Assembly: GCA_965208835.1 (NCBI GenBank)
Contig: OZ242358.1
Location: 3,840,001-3,904,000, forward strand
Source: Candidatus Latescibacterota bacterium
Lineage (GTDB): Bacteria > Latescibacterota > UBA2968 > GCA-2709665
Reading direction: 5' to 3'
Length of the DNA: 64,000 bases
A program made the position numbers and the translations under genes. This document shows, piece by piece, positions 1 to 9,175 of this stretch. Below the pieces are notes generated by a model. The model ran no database searches. It was not told the DNA's origin and worked only from the letters and a program-made list of their open reading frames with translations. Position 1 is the stretch's first letter, and each line of letters opens with the position of its first letter.

Positions 1-2
1 CC

Positions 3-956
3 GTACGCTTCATCTGCGGCACCCAGGATCTGCACCAGGTCCTGGAACGACGTATCTCAGGGTTTCTCAATACAGAAGATACGATACTCTATACGTCCTG
101 CTTCGACGCCAACGCAGGACTGTTTGAGACCCTTCTGGGCCCTGAAGACGCCGTGATCAGCGACACGCTCAACCACGCCAGCATTATCGACGGCGTCCGG
201 CTGTGCAAGGCGCGGCGCAGTATCTATCGTCACGCGGACATGGCGCATCTGGAAGGCCGGCTGAAGGACGCTGCGGACGCCCGTTTCCGGGTGGTCGCCA
301 CCGACGGCGTGTTTTCTATGCACGGCGACGTCGCGCCGCTCAAGGAGATCTGCCGTCTCGCGGACGCCCACGATGCGCTGGTTATGGTGGACGATTCCCA
401 CGCGACCGGTTTTATGGGCGCCAACGGGCGCGGCACACCCGAATTCTGCGGCGTCGAAAACCGGATCGATATCCTGACCAGCACGCTTGGAAAAGCCCTT
501 GGAGGGGCCTCGGGCGGGTTTACGACGGGACGGGGAGAAATCATCGAGTACCTGCGTCAGCGCTCTCGCCCCTACCTTTTTTCCAACACGCTGGCGCCCC
601 CCATTGTCGCGGGCGGATTGAAAGCGCTTGATCTCGTACAGACGCGGCCGGAGTACCGCCGCAACCTGATGGAAAATACACGGTACTTCAGGAAGACGAT
701 GGCCGAACGCGGTTTCCGCATTACAGAGGGCGTCCACCCCATCGTCCCGATCATGCTCGGAGATGAACAGAAGACGGTGCGCATGGCCCGGGCAATGAAC
801 GAACGCGGCATTTTCGTCGTGGGCTTCAGCTATCCCGTGGTGCCGAAAGGGGAAGCCCGCATCCGCGTCCAGGTCTCCGCGGCCCACACGCGGAAGCAGC
901 TGGACCACGCGGTCGATACGTTCGTGGACGTCGGCACGGCCCTCGGGGTCTTATAA
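3..956 (+). CDS. kbl: Glycine C-acetyltransferase (2-amino-3-ketobutyrate CoA ligase), 5' truncated by window edge
   Basis: Frame open from position 3 ([17 protein letters not shown]); [24 protein letters not shown] (PLP Lys), [11 protein letters not shown]. Confidence 0.93.
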   Translation, partial: VRFICGTQDLHQVLERRISGFLNTEDTILYTSCFDANAGLFETLLGPEDAVISDTLNHASIIDGVRLCKARRSIYRHADMAHLEGRLKDAADARFRVVATDGVFSMHGDVAPLKEICRLADAHDALVMVDDSHATGFMGANGRGTPEFCGVENRIDILTSTLGKALGGASGGFTTGRGEIIEYLRQRSRPYLFSNTLAPPIVAGGLKALDLVQTRPEYRRNLMENTRYFRKTMAERGFRITEGVHPIVPIMLGDEQKTVRMARAMNERGIFVVGFSYPVVPKGEARIRVQVSAAHTRKQLDHAVDTFVDVGTALGVL

Positions 957-1048
957 CCCAATCCTTTGACCCCTTTTCTCTAAATCCCGAAAAAGGAAGC
1001 GGTTGCCGGCGCAAGGGCCGCAACCGTCAACAACAAGAGGACACGCCA

Positions 1049-1816
1049 ATGGATATGCCCCCGCAACAATCCCTCCAGGACCACGTCGCCATCGTGACAG
1101 GGGCGGGGCAGGGTATCGGCCGTGCCGTGGCTCAGACCCTGGCCGGGCACGGCGCGCACCTTGTCGTAAACGACCTCGACGAGTCCAATGCCGAACGAAC
1201 GGCCGAAGAACTCAGGTCGTCGGTCACCACGGCCTTTCACTTTCAGGCGGATGTCACCGATGCGCCCGGGGTGCAGGCCATGGTCGACTGGACCGCGGAC
1301 ACATTCGGCGCCGTCCACATTCTGGTCAACAACGCCGGCATCCTCTTTCCGACCAGCGTTGTCGACATTGACGAAGACGAGTGGGACCGCGTAATCGACG
1401 TCAACCTCAAAGGCGCCTTTCTCTGCTCAAAGGCCGTCCTCCCTCATATGCGGGAAGCGGGTTGGGGCCGCATCGTCAATTTCTCTTCCACCGCCGGCAA
1501 GAACATCAGCACCGTTGGCGGCGCGCATTACACGGCTGCCAAGGCGGGCGTGCTGGGGTTCACACGCCACCTCGCAAGGGAAGTCGCGCCCTACAACATT
1601 ACCGTAAACGCCGTATGCCCGGGACTGATCGATACCGAAATGGTCCGCGGAACCATTGATGAGGAACGAACACGCGCCTATGCGCGAGGCTTTCCCATAC
1701 CCCGCCTGGGCAGACCCGAGGAAGTGGCCAGCCTCGTGGCCTTCCTCGCCTCCGACCAGGCCGCCTACATCACGGGCGCGTCGCTCGACATCAACGGCGG
1801 AGATCTCATGATATAG
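1049..1816 (+). CDS. Short-chain dehydrogenase/reductase (FabG-like)
   Basis: TGAGQGIG, NNAG, YTAAK motifs; GAGGA RBS. Confidence 0.93.
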   Translation: MDMPPQQSLQDHVAIVTGAGQGIGRAVAQTLAGHGAHLVVNDLDESNAERTAEELRSSVTTAFHFQADVTDAPGVQAMVDWTADTFGAVHILVNNAGILFPTSVVDIDEDEWDRVIDVNLKGAFLCSKAVLPHMREAGWGRIVNFSSTAGKNISTVGGAHYTAAKAGVLGFTRHLAREVAPYNITVNAVCPGLIDTEMVRGTIDEERTRAYARGFPIPRLGRPEEVASLVAFLASDQAAYITGASLDINGGDLMI

Positions 1817-1833
1817 TGTTTCGCAGGGGTTAG

Positions 1834-1993
1834 CAGTCCGTTGATAAAGTCGCTCTGCAGGCGAGGCGGAGCCATTGTGGCCGAAGACAAGGCGCGCAAC
1901 CGAGTCCCATCCTGCGATTCGGCGGGGGCGCGCAACGCAGTATTTCGACCGCAAGGGCCGGCCGTAGCCCGGATGGACTTTTTCAACGGACTG
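1834..1993. mobile_element. 160-bp MITE (non-autonomous IS-derived element)
   Basis: 18-bp terminal inverted repeats CAGTCCGTTGATAAAGTC / GACTTTTTCAACGGACTG (17/18 match), flanked by TTAG direct repeats at 1830-1833 and 1994-1997. Confidence 0.85.
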
Positions 1994-2011
1994 TTAGGGG
2001 GTATTCACGGA

Positions 2012-3172
2012 ATGCGGATTGAGAGCGTAAGGACCTTTCTGGTTCATCCGGGCAGCGCGAAAAACCTGCTCTTCGTCAAACTGGAAACCGATGCGGGCAT
2101 CCACGGATGGGGAGAGGCCTATACGCAGCATGACAGGGACCGGAGCGTTCAGGTCCACGTGGAGGAACTGGGACGGTACCTGACAGGACGATCGCCGTTC
2201 GATATCAAGCACTTCACGTACGTGGCCTACACGGATTTCGCCGGCAAGCGGGGCGCGATGGACCTCTACGCCGCCATCAGCGCCATTGAACAGGCCATGT
2301 GGGATATTGTCGGCAAGTCTTTGAACCAGCCCGTCCATAACCTGCTAGGCGGCGCCTGCAGGACCAGAATCAAGGTCTACGCCAACGGCTGGGGGAGCTG
2401 GTACGATCCCGGGAAGGGATTGGATGAACTCGCCGAACGTGCCGCCTCGGTGGTGGCGAGGGGATTTACAGCGCTCAAATTCGACCCCTTTCCGGGCCCC
2501 TGGCGCAGCATCGTCGACCGGAAGGACGAACAGACCGCCGTGGACCGGGTCGCGGCGGTGCGCGAGGCTGTGGGCCCGGACGTGGATATCCTGGTCGAGG
2601 TACACCGCAGGCTCTCTCCTGCGCCTGCCATCCGCGTTGCCCGCGGCATGGAGCCATACAATCCGTTCTGGTACGAGGAGCCGGTTTCGTCCCGGGACCT
2701 CGACGGCCTCGCGGAAGCCAGACGAAACATCCGCATCCCGGTTGTCACGGGAGAAGAACTCTATACAAAGGCTGAATTCCGCGAGGTTTTTGAAAAACGT
2801 GCCGCCGACATCATCAACCCGGACGTCTGCAATTGCGGCGGCATCCTGGAACTCCGCGAAATCGCGGCGATGGCCGAACCCTGCCACGTCGCGGTCTCGC
2901 CACACAACTACAACAGCACCACCGTGGGGCTGGCCGCCACGATGCAGGCCGCGGCAGGAATGCCCAACTTTCTGATTACCGAGTACTTCGTGAATTTCGA
3001 ACCTGCGGGAAATGAAATCGCGGTGGATCCGTTCGTCGTAGAAGACGGTTACATCACGCTGCCCACCGTCGCCGGACTGGGCATCGACCTGGACGAAGGC
3101 GCGCTCGCCGAACATCCTTTCCGGTCGTTCCCCGAAAGAAACCTGCGGCGCCCGTCCGACGAGGGTCCGTAG
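2012..3172 (+). CDS. Mandelate racemase/galactonate dehydratase-like enolase superfamily enzyme
   Basis: GIHGWGE, WDIVGK, LLGG, KFDP, EVH, EEP, GEE, SPHN motifs; the ORF extension from 1841 is MITE sequence, so the start is placed at ATG 2012. Confidence 0.9.
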   Translation: MRIESVRTFLVHPGSAKNLLFVKLETDAGIHGWGEAYTQHDRDRSVQVHVEELGRYLTGRSPFDIKHFTYVAYTDFAGKRGAMDLYAAISAIEQAMWDIVGKSLNQPVHNLLGGACRTRIKVYANGWGSWYDPGKGLDELAERAASVVARGFTALKFDPFPGPWRSIVDRKDEQTAVDRVAAVREAVGPDVDILVEVHRRLSPAPAIRVARGMEPYNPFWYEEPVSSRDLDGLAEARRNIRIPVVTGEELYTKAEFREVFEKRAADIINPDVCNCGGILELREIAAMAEPCHVAVSPHNYNSTTVGLAATMQAAAGMPNFLITEYFVNFEPAGNEIAVDPFVVEDGYITLPTVAGLGIDLDEGALAEHPFRSFPERNLRRPSDEGP

Positions 3173-3268
3173 CCATCTGATGTTCTCAACCGCATACGGC
3201 GATTTTCAAATCTGTTTACTGGGCTCGGGTTCAGGATATCCCCGGTATTCACGCAAAGGAGATAGAAG

Positions 3269-4306
3269 ATGGATCGTGGTGACTTGAGAGATAGATTGGA
3301 CGTGCTGGAAGAAAGGCTGCGCTGGCAGAAGCGGGCGATTGCAGGGTTGCTGGTTGTATTCTTGTTCAGCGCGGCGCCGGCTATGACCCAGGCGCCGAAG
3401 TGGCTTAACCGGATGCTTCCGTCGAAGCTGACCTCGCTAAGCCTTCTACACGGCGAGACTCCAGGCGACGTGCGGTTTGGCGGTCTTGCCCATCTCCGGC
3501 CCGAACTCCCGTTGCCGGAGACTCGGGAGAGCGGGCCGAGCAAGATCGCTCCGGAGCAAATCATCGACGCGGGAGACACGCTGCGTGTTGGGACGCTTCA
3601 CATCGTAAATGCAAGCGGGGCGGTCGTCGCGGAAATCGGGTCGGAAGAATCGGGAGACGGTTCACTGTTGATAAGGAATAAAGACAGAGCCGTAGTTTCC
3701 GTTGTGGGCGTAGGCAGGGATGGACATGGCACCCTCGGCGTCCTCAATGCGGCGGGCCGGGTCGCGGCGGCCATGGGCGTGGATCGCTCGGAACAGGCCA
3801 ATGGATGGGTCGACGTCAGGAGCGCGACCGAGTCGGCGTCCGCGCTCTTCTTCGACAACGCGGGAGACGGCGCGATGGCGGTGTTCAACACAGACAATCA
3901 GCCGGTTTCCGGATTCAGTATTGACAACAACGGCGCCGGGGCCCTTCATATCGTGAATGCGGAGGGCGGGGTCGTTGCCGCCATGGGCGCGAATGATAAC
4001 GGGCACGGTCTCGTCGGGTTTCTCAATGCCTCCGAGCGTGTTGTCGCCGGCATGGGGGCGGATTCCACGGGCGTCGGCGGGCTGGGAATTGAAGGAGGCA
4101 GGTTCAGTGCTTTTGTCGATGAGAACGGCAATGGAGTCGCACGTACTCGCGGCGCGGATGAGGAAATCCGCTGGTCCTCTGAGGCGCCTCTCATCGGGGA
4201 CACCGGCACGTCGACCGGGCTGATCGGGGATTTCGACGGGGACGGCGACGTGGACTTCGACGACTTCCTCACCTTCGCGAGGAATTACGGCAAAACGAGT
4301 GGGTAG
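3269..4306 (+). CDS. Membrane-anchored/secreted beta-repeat protein with C-terminal dockerin-like EF-hand
   Basis: AAGGAG RBS; N-terminal coiled-coil plus hydrophobic segment; about 7 repeats of ~23 aa; C-terminal GDFDGDGDVDFDDFLTFARNYG. Confidence 0.8.
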   Translation: MDRGDLRDRLDVLEERLRWQKRAIAGLLVVFLFSAAPAMTQAPKWLNRMLPSKLTSLSLLHGETPGDVRFGGLAHLRPELPLPETRESGPSKIAPEQIIDAGDTLRVGTLHIVNASGAVVAEIGSEESGDGSLLIRNKDRAVVSVVGVGRDGHGTLGVLNAAGRVAAAMGVDRSEQANGWVDVRSATESASALFFDNAGDGAMAVFNTDNQPVSGFSIDNNGAGALHIVNAEGGVVAAMGANDNGHGLVGFLNASERVVAGMGADSTGVGGLGIEGGRFSAFVDENGNGVARTRGADEEIRWSSEAPLIGDTGTSTGLIGDFDGDGDVDFDDFLTFARNYGKTSG

Positions 4307-4471
4307 CCACCCCTCCCCGGCGCGGGAAGGGGAGGAATGATCGGGTCAGTCGCCGGCAAAAATTCAGATCCATCGTATCAATCTTCCCGATTGGCCCGGA
4401 AATCTTCCGCATATCATCACTGAATTCCCGGTCCGATCCAATGCGTTTCATTGACGTCAGCTGAATCGTCC

Positions 4472-5743
4472 ATGTCCCAACGATCCGAAGAACCCTCCGA
4501 AACCCCTTCCAATCTGCACGGCGCGCTCGCGCCGCTGAACATCCCGGACTATCGCCGGCTGCTGGCCAGCAACGCCCTCTGGTGGCAGTTCATGTGGATG
4601 GAAATCATCGTCGCCGGCTGGCTGGTGCTGGAGCTGACCAACTCGGCCTGGCAGGTGTCGCTGATCGGCTTCTACCGCATGGCGCCGCTGCTCCTGGTCG
4701 GCTTCGTGTCCGGCCCCCTCACCGACCGGTTCGGCCGCCGGAAGATCATCATCTTCTCCCAGATCGTCAACCTCGTCGTATCCCTCCTCATCGCCCTGAT
4801 CATCCTCACCGACAGGCTGGCCGTGTGGCATCTGGCCGTGGGCGCGCTGGTTCTGGGTACCACCTGGGCGGTGGATTGGACCGCGCGAAGGTCGCTGCTA
4901 CCGGACCTGGTTGGCAGAGCCCGAACCATGGACGCCATGCTCCTCGAGGGAATCTCCCAGAATATCACCCGGGTTGCCGGACCCTTTTCCAGCGGCGTCC
5001 TGTACGCGACCCTGGGACCGCTTGGCTGTTTTCTGATCCTGACCGCGATGGCGCTTGCTTCGCTGCTGATCCTCGTGCGGCTCTCCAGACGACCCGTCCT
5101 CGAGGGAACCCCCACAGATGCTTCCCACTGGACCCGGACCGTGGAAGGGCTGCGCTATATCCGACGCAACCCCACGATTCTGGGCGTTACGCTCATTACC
5201 GTTGCCATGAACTTCCTGGTCTTTCCCTACCAGACCCTGTTACCGGTGTTTGCGAGAGACATCCTGAATCAGGGCCCTGTCGGCTTCGGTGTACTCGCCT
5301 CCGCCAACGGCGTCGGCGCGTTCGTCGGCCTCTGGCTTGTGAGCAGGCTCAGGCGTAATCTCAGCACCAGCTGGCTCTATGCGGGCGGCTCGTTCCTGAT
5401 GGCCGCCGCTGTGGCTGTATTCTCAATGTCAACCGATTTCTATCTTTCGCTGGGCCTTCTCGTCCTTTCGGGCATCGGCCACGCGGCATTCGGCCTCCTC
5501 CAGAGCACCATCGTCCTGCTGTCGGCGCGAGACGACATGCGGAGCCGCGCCATGGGCGGCATCGTACTCGCCATCGGGACGGGTCCACCGGGCCGCCTGA
5601 GCGCCGGCGCGGTGGCCGAACGCCTTGGCGCGCCCTTCGCCGTTGGCCTCACGTGCGCGATCGCGGCCCTGGTCGTCGTTGCGGTCACGGTGGCCATGTC
5701 GGGGTTCCGGAACGCATCGGCCGCACGGGAAGCCAGGGCATAA
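4472..5743 (+). CDS. MFS transporter
   Basis: About 12 hydrophobic segments, motif A GPLTDRFGRRKI. Confidence 0.9.
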   Translation: MSQRSEEPSETPSNLHGALAPLNIPDYRRLLASNALWWQFMWMEIIVAGWLVLELTNSAWQVSLIGFYRMAPLLLVGFVSGPLTDRFGRRKIIIFSQIVNLVVSLLIALIILTDRLAVWHLAVGALVLGTTWAVDWTARRSLLPDLVGRARTMDAMLLEGISQNITRVAGPFSSGVLYATLGPLGCFLILTAMALASLLILVRLSRRPVLEGTPTDASHWTRTVEGLRYIRRNPTILGVTLITVAMNFLVFPYQTLLPVFARDILNQGPVGFGVLASANGVGAFVGLWLVSRLRRNLSTSWLYAGGSFLMAAAVAVFSMSTDFYLSLGLLVLSGIGHAAFGLLQSTIVLLSARDDMRSRAMGGIVLAIGTGPPGRLSAGAVAERLGAPFAVGLTCAIAALVVVAVTVAMSGFRNASAAREARA

Positions 5744-5745
5744 GA

Positions 5746-5768
5746 AAACCGCCCTGTAAAGGCGGTTT
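5746..5768. terminator. Hairpin between convergent genes (probable bidirectional terminator)
   Basis: AAACCGCC-ctgtaaa-GGCGGTTT just after the MFS stop. Confidence 0.55.
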
Positions 5769-5818
5769 CTCCATCATCCATATTATTTTCAGCTACTTAA
5801 AAGGGAATTAGCACAAAT

Positions 5819-6808
5819 TCACATCGCCAGTATCCGCTCGACCTCATCCCTGAGCGATTCATCCAGCCTGGGGCCGAACTGCGCAACCACGCGCATCGAC
5901 GCGTAGTTCGCCAGCCTTGCCGAGTGTACCGCGTCGAATCCGTGAGTAATCCCGAACAGATAGGCCCCGGCGAACATATCTCCCGCGCCATTGGTATCGA
6001 CCGCATCGACGCTGAATCCCGGCGAAAGGAACCGTTCGGCTCCGTCCCATACAATGGCGCCATTGGCCTCACACGTGACCGCGTATGCGCCCACCATCGT
6101 CTCCAGTGCAACGCAAGCCCCGTTCGTCTCGCCCGTTTCGGTAAAAGCCCGCGCTTCGTCCTCGTTACAAAACAGCAGGTCCACCCCGCGGGTTACGAGC
6201 GCCCGCATCCGGTCTCCGAACGCGGCTACGATGGTGGGATCGCTCAGCGACAGCGACACCCGGGTTCCCCCCGCGCGTGCTTCGGCCTGGGCGGCCAGCG
6301 CCCCTTCGAACCCGCTGTCGGACGCCACGAGATACCCTTCAATGTACAGATAGTCGCTGTTTTGTATCACATCGGGCTCGAGCTGTTCCGGGCCGAACGT
6401 TGCGGTAATGCCCAGGTACGTATTCATCGTGCGATCGGCGTCGTCCGTGATCATAACGAGGCATTTCCCCGTGATGCCTTCTCCCTGAAACCGGTTGGAA
6501 GCCACGCCGGCCGCCGCCAGGTCCTGGAGATAGAAGTCCCCGTACGCGTCCTTCGCCACCTTGCAGGCGTAGTGGGACCTTCCACCCAGATTCACCACGG
6601 CGATCATGGTATTCGCGGCGGACCCGCCGGACGAGCGTTTCAGTAGGTCATCACCCAGGTGTTCGAGGAGTTCGTGATGCCGGGCCTCATCTATCAACGT
6701 CATCACGCCCTTTTCGATTCCGGCCCTGGCGAGAAAGTCGGGCGTTACCCGAAATTGAATATCCACCAGTGCGTTGCCGATGCCGTACACACTAAATGCC
6801 CTGGCCAT
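5819..6808 (-). CDS. PfkB-family carbohydrate/adenosine kinase
   Basis: GIGNALVD, GGSAANT, NEDE, DTNGAGDMFAG. Confidence 0.92.
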   Translation of the reverse strand: MARAFSVYGIGNALVDIQFRVTPDFLARAGIEKGVMTLIDEARHHELLEHLGDDLLKRSSGGSAANTMIAVVNLGGRSHYACKVAKDAYGDFYLQDLAAAGVASNRFQGEGITGKCLVMITDDADRTMNTYLGITATFGPEQLEPDVIQNSDYLYIEGYLVASDSGFEGALAAQAEARAGGTRVSLSLSDPTIVAAFGDRMRALVTRGVDLLFCNEDEARAFTETGETNGACVALETMVGAYAVTCEANGAIVWDGAERFLSPGFSVDAVDTNGAGDMFAGAYLFGITHGFDAVHSARLANYASMRVVAQFGPRLDESLRDEVERILAM

Positions 6809-6953
6809 AAGCGCTCCTTGCATTATCGGTCTGATTCCTTATCATATTGGCGTTCCCAGTCTGCACGAATTCGACGGATCGTGGGCGCGGAACGGCACGT
6901 ACCGTTGACACTCGCCAGCAGTGACCCATATCACACGGCATCTCTCGACACAG

Positions 6954-6980
6954 GTAGGGGCAGGTTTCAAACCTGCCCCT
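6954..6980. repeat. GTAG-type REP-like palindrome
   Basis: GTAGGGGCAGGTTTCAAACCTGCCCCT: GTAG tetramer plus 12-bp inverted repeat, intergenic. Confidence 0.7.
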
Positions 6981-7052
6981 GCGAACGGGGTCATTTTCGC
7001 GACCAAAATACAATGACTTTGATAAGAATACTACCATTTTGAGGAATCAAAA

Positions 7053-7811
7053 TTGAGCAAGACCATTACCTGCAACGTTCGGGAACTGACCGTCCTCATC
7101 GACGTAGAAGGTGACAACGAGGGCTCGCGCAACCACGAACTCTGGCGGGCGAACACCTTCAATGAGAAAGAACCCGACACCCTGGACTGGATCGACACGT
7201 GGTTCAAATCCGGCGAGACGATTTACGACGTCGGCGCGAATATTGGCCAATACGCCCTGTACGCGGCGCGAAGGCTGGACGAGCGCGCCCGGATCCTGGC
7301 GTTTGAACCCGAAGCCCTGAACTACGCCAAACTGAACCGGAACATCCTGCTCAACGGCCTCGGGGAGGTTGTCACGGCCTATCCGTTCGCCATTTCGGAC
7401 CGGACGTCCGTTCAGCATTTCTACTCCAAAACCTTTGCTCCGGGCGCCGCGCTCCATGCGCTGGGCGAACCCGTAACGCAGGGCGCCGTGCCCTTTGCGC
7501 CGCAGAACCGCCAGGGAACGCTGGCCGTGTCACTGGACGATCTCACCGGCCGATTCGGCCTTCCGTTTCCCGATCACGTGAAAATTGACGTCGACGGCAT
7601 CGAGGACAGGATTGTCGCCGGCGCGTCGCGAACACTTGAGGATACCAGGTTAAAAACCGTGCTCATCGAAGTCTACATGTTCGAAGACATGGCTCGCAGG
7701 ATCGAAACGGCGTTCTTCGAACGGGGTTTCGTCCTGGCCAACGTCAGCCCGGTCGACTACTCGGAGGGCATCGTTCAGAACCTGATCTTCCGCCGCGAAA
7801 ATCTGATCTGA
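7053..7811 (+). CDS. FkbM-family SAM methyltransferase
   Basis: YDVGANIG, AFEP, HVKIDVDGIE. Confidence 0.9.
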   Translation: MSKTITCNVRELTVLIDVEGDNEGSRNHELWRANTFNEKEPDTLDWIDTWFKSGETIYDVGANIGQYALYAARRLDERARILAFEPEALNYAKLNRNILLNGLGEVVTAYPFAISDRTSVQHFYSKTFAPGAALHALGEPVTQGAVPFAPQNRQGTLAVSLDDLTGRFGLPFPDHVKIDVDGIEDRIVAGASRTLEDTRLKTVLIEVYMFEDMARRIETAFFERGFVLANVSPVDYSEGIVQNLIFRRENLI

Positions 7812-7820
7812 GAAGACCCC

Positions 7821-9095
7821 ATGGCCATATTTGAAAATGACGTGCTGAAACGCCGGCAGCAGCGTGCGGCAGACGCCTTTGGTGACGACCCGCCCATTGT
7901 GCTCTTCGGCGCCGGGAAGCCCGTTCAGATTCCCGGCGGACAGGACCAGACCTATCCGTTCATTCCCTACCCCGAATACTACTGGCTCACTGGTTCGAGA
8001 CGCTGGGGTGGCGTTCTGGCCTACGATCCGCAGGATGGCTGGAGACCCTTCGTGCGGCCGGTTTCTCAGAACGAAAGGCTGTGGGAAGGCGGCGGTGAGG
8101 ACGTCGAAGGCGACGACGTCGCCGGACTTCAGGGCTGGCTGGATCAACGTGCAGGCCACCCCGTCGCGGTCATCGGCGACGACGTGGATAACGTTAAAAC
8201 CGACCTTCAACGGGCAGCGGCGCTTCAGGTATCCATCGATGGCGTCCGCCGCCGGAAAGACGCCGCCGAGGTCGCACTGATCGAACGGGCGGCCGCGGCA
8301 ACCGCAGCCGGCCATGCGAGAGCCCGCGAGACCATCCGGCCGGGTGTCAGCGAACGCCGCATCCGCGTAGAACTGGAATCGGAAATGTACCGGCAAGGCG
8401 CCGACGAAGTCGCCTTCGACACGATCGTCGGCGCCGGAACTCATGCGGCCGTGCTCCACTTCGAACCAGGCCCCAGAATGGTGGAACCCGACGACCTGGT
8501 CCTCATCGACGCCGGCGCGTCCATCGCAGGCTATGCGGCCGACGTCACCCGCACCTACCCGGCTGCAGACCGCTTCACGCCGAGGCAGCAGGCCATCTAC
8601 GACCTCGTCCTCGCCGCTCAGCTGGAAGCCATCTCCACTTGCCGCAAAGACGTCGAATGGCACGACGTTCACCGTGCCGCGGCCGCCGTAATCGCCCTGG
8701 GGCTTTGTGACCTGGGCATCCTGAGAGGCGGACCGGACGTTCTCCTCGACAGCGGCGCGATTTCTCTCTTCCTGCCGCACGGCGTCGGCCATATGGTCGG
8801 CCTTGGCGTTCGGGACGTGGGCGGCCTCGCGGCCGGGCGCGAAGTCAGCGTCCATTGCGGCATCCGGATGCGCGTGGACCTTCCGCTCGAGGAAGACTTC
8901 CTGATGACCGTCGAGCCCGGTGTGTACTTCGTTCCCGCATTGCTCGACGACCCCGAACGGCGCGAACGATTCGACGATATGGTCAACTGGGACGTTTTGG
9001 CGTCCTGGCGGCCCGTGGGCGGCGTCCGCATCGAGGACAACGTGCTCATCACCGCCGGAGATCCGCGTATCCTGACGGCCGAAATCCCCAAGTGA
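7821..9095 (+). CDS. Xaa-Pro aminopeptidase (M24)
   Basis: LIDAG, YAADVTRT, HGVGH, TVEPG, GGVRIED. Confidence 0.92.
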   Translation: MAIFENDVLKRRQQRAADAFGDDPPIVLFGAGKPVQIPGGQDQTYPFIPYPEYYWLTGSRRWGGVLAYDPQDGWRPFVRPVSQNERLWEGGGEDVEGDDVAGLQGWLDQRAGHPVAVIGDDVDNVKTDLQRAAALQVSIDGVRRRKDAAEVALIERAAAATAAGHARARETIRPGVSERRIRVELESEMYRQGADEVAFDTIVGAGTHAAVLHFEPGPRMVEPDDLVLIDAGASIAGYAADVTRTYPAADRFTPRQQAIYDLVLAAQLEAISTCRKDVEWHDVHRAAAAVIALGLCDLGILRGGPDVLLDSGAISLFLPHGVGHMVGLGVRDVGGLAAGREVSVHCGIRMRVDLPLEEDFLMTVEPGVYFVPALLDDPERRERFDDMVNWDVLASWRPVGGVRIEDNVLITAGDPRILTAEIPK

Positions 9096-9175
9096 ACGCT
9101 ACGGTTATCGGCGGAGAAGGCCGGGCCGAAACGCGGTACATCGCCACAGCAGCCCGTATGAGGGTCGTGAAGGTC

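Noticed and set aside
8855-9175. N-terminal extension of the P450 ORF
   Set aside because: Overlaps the peptidase gene out of frame; the P450 fold begins at the PGP hinge after ATG 9176
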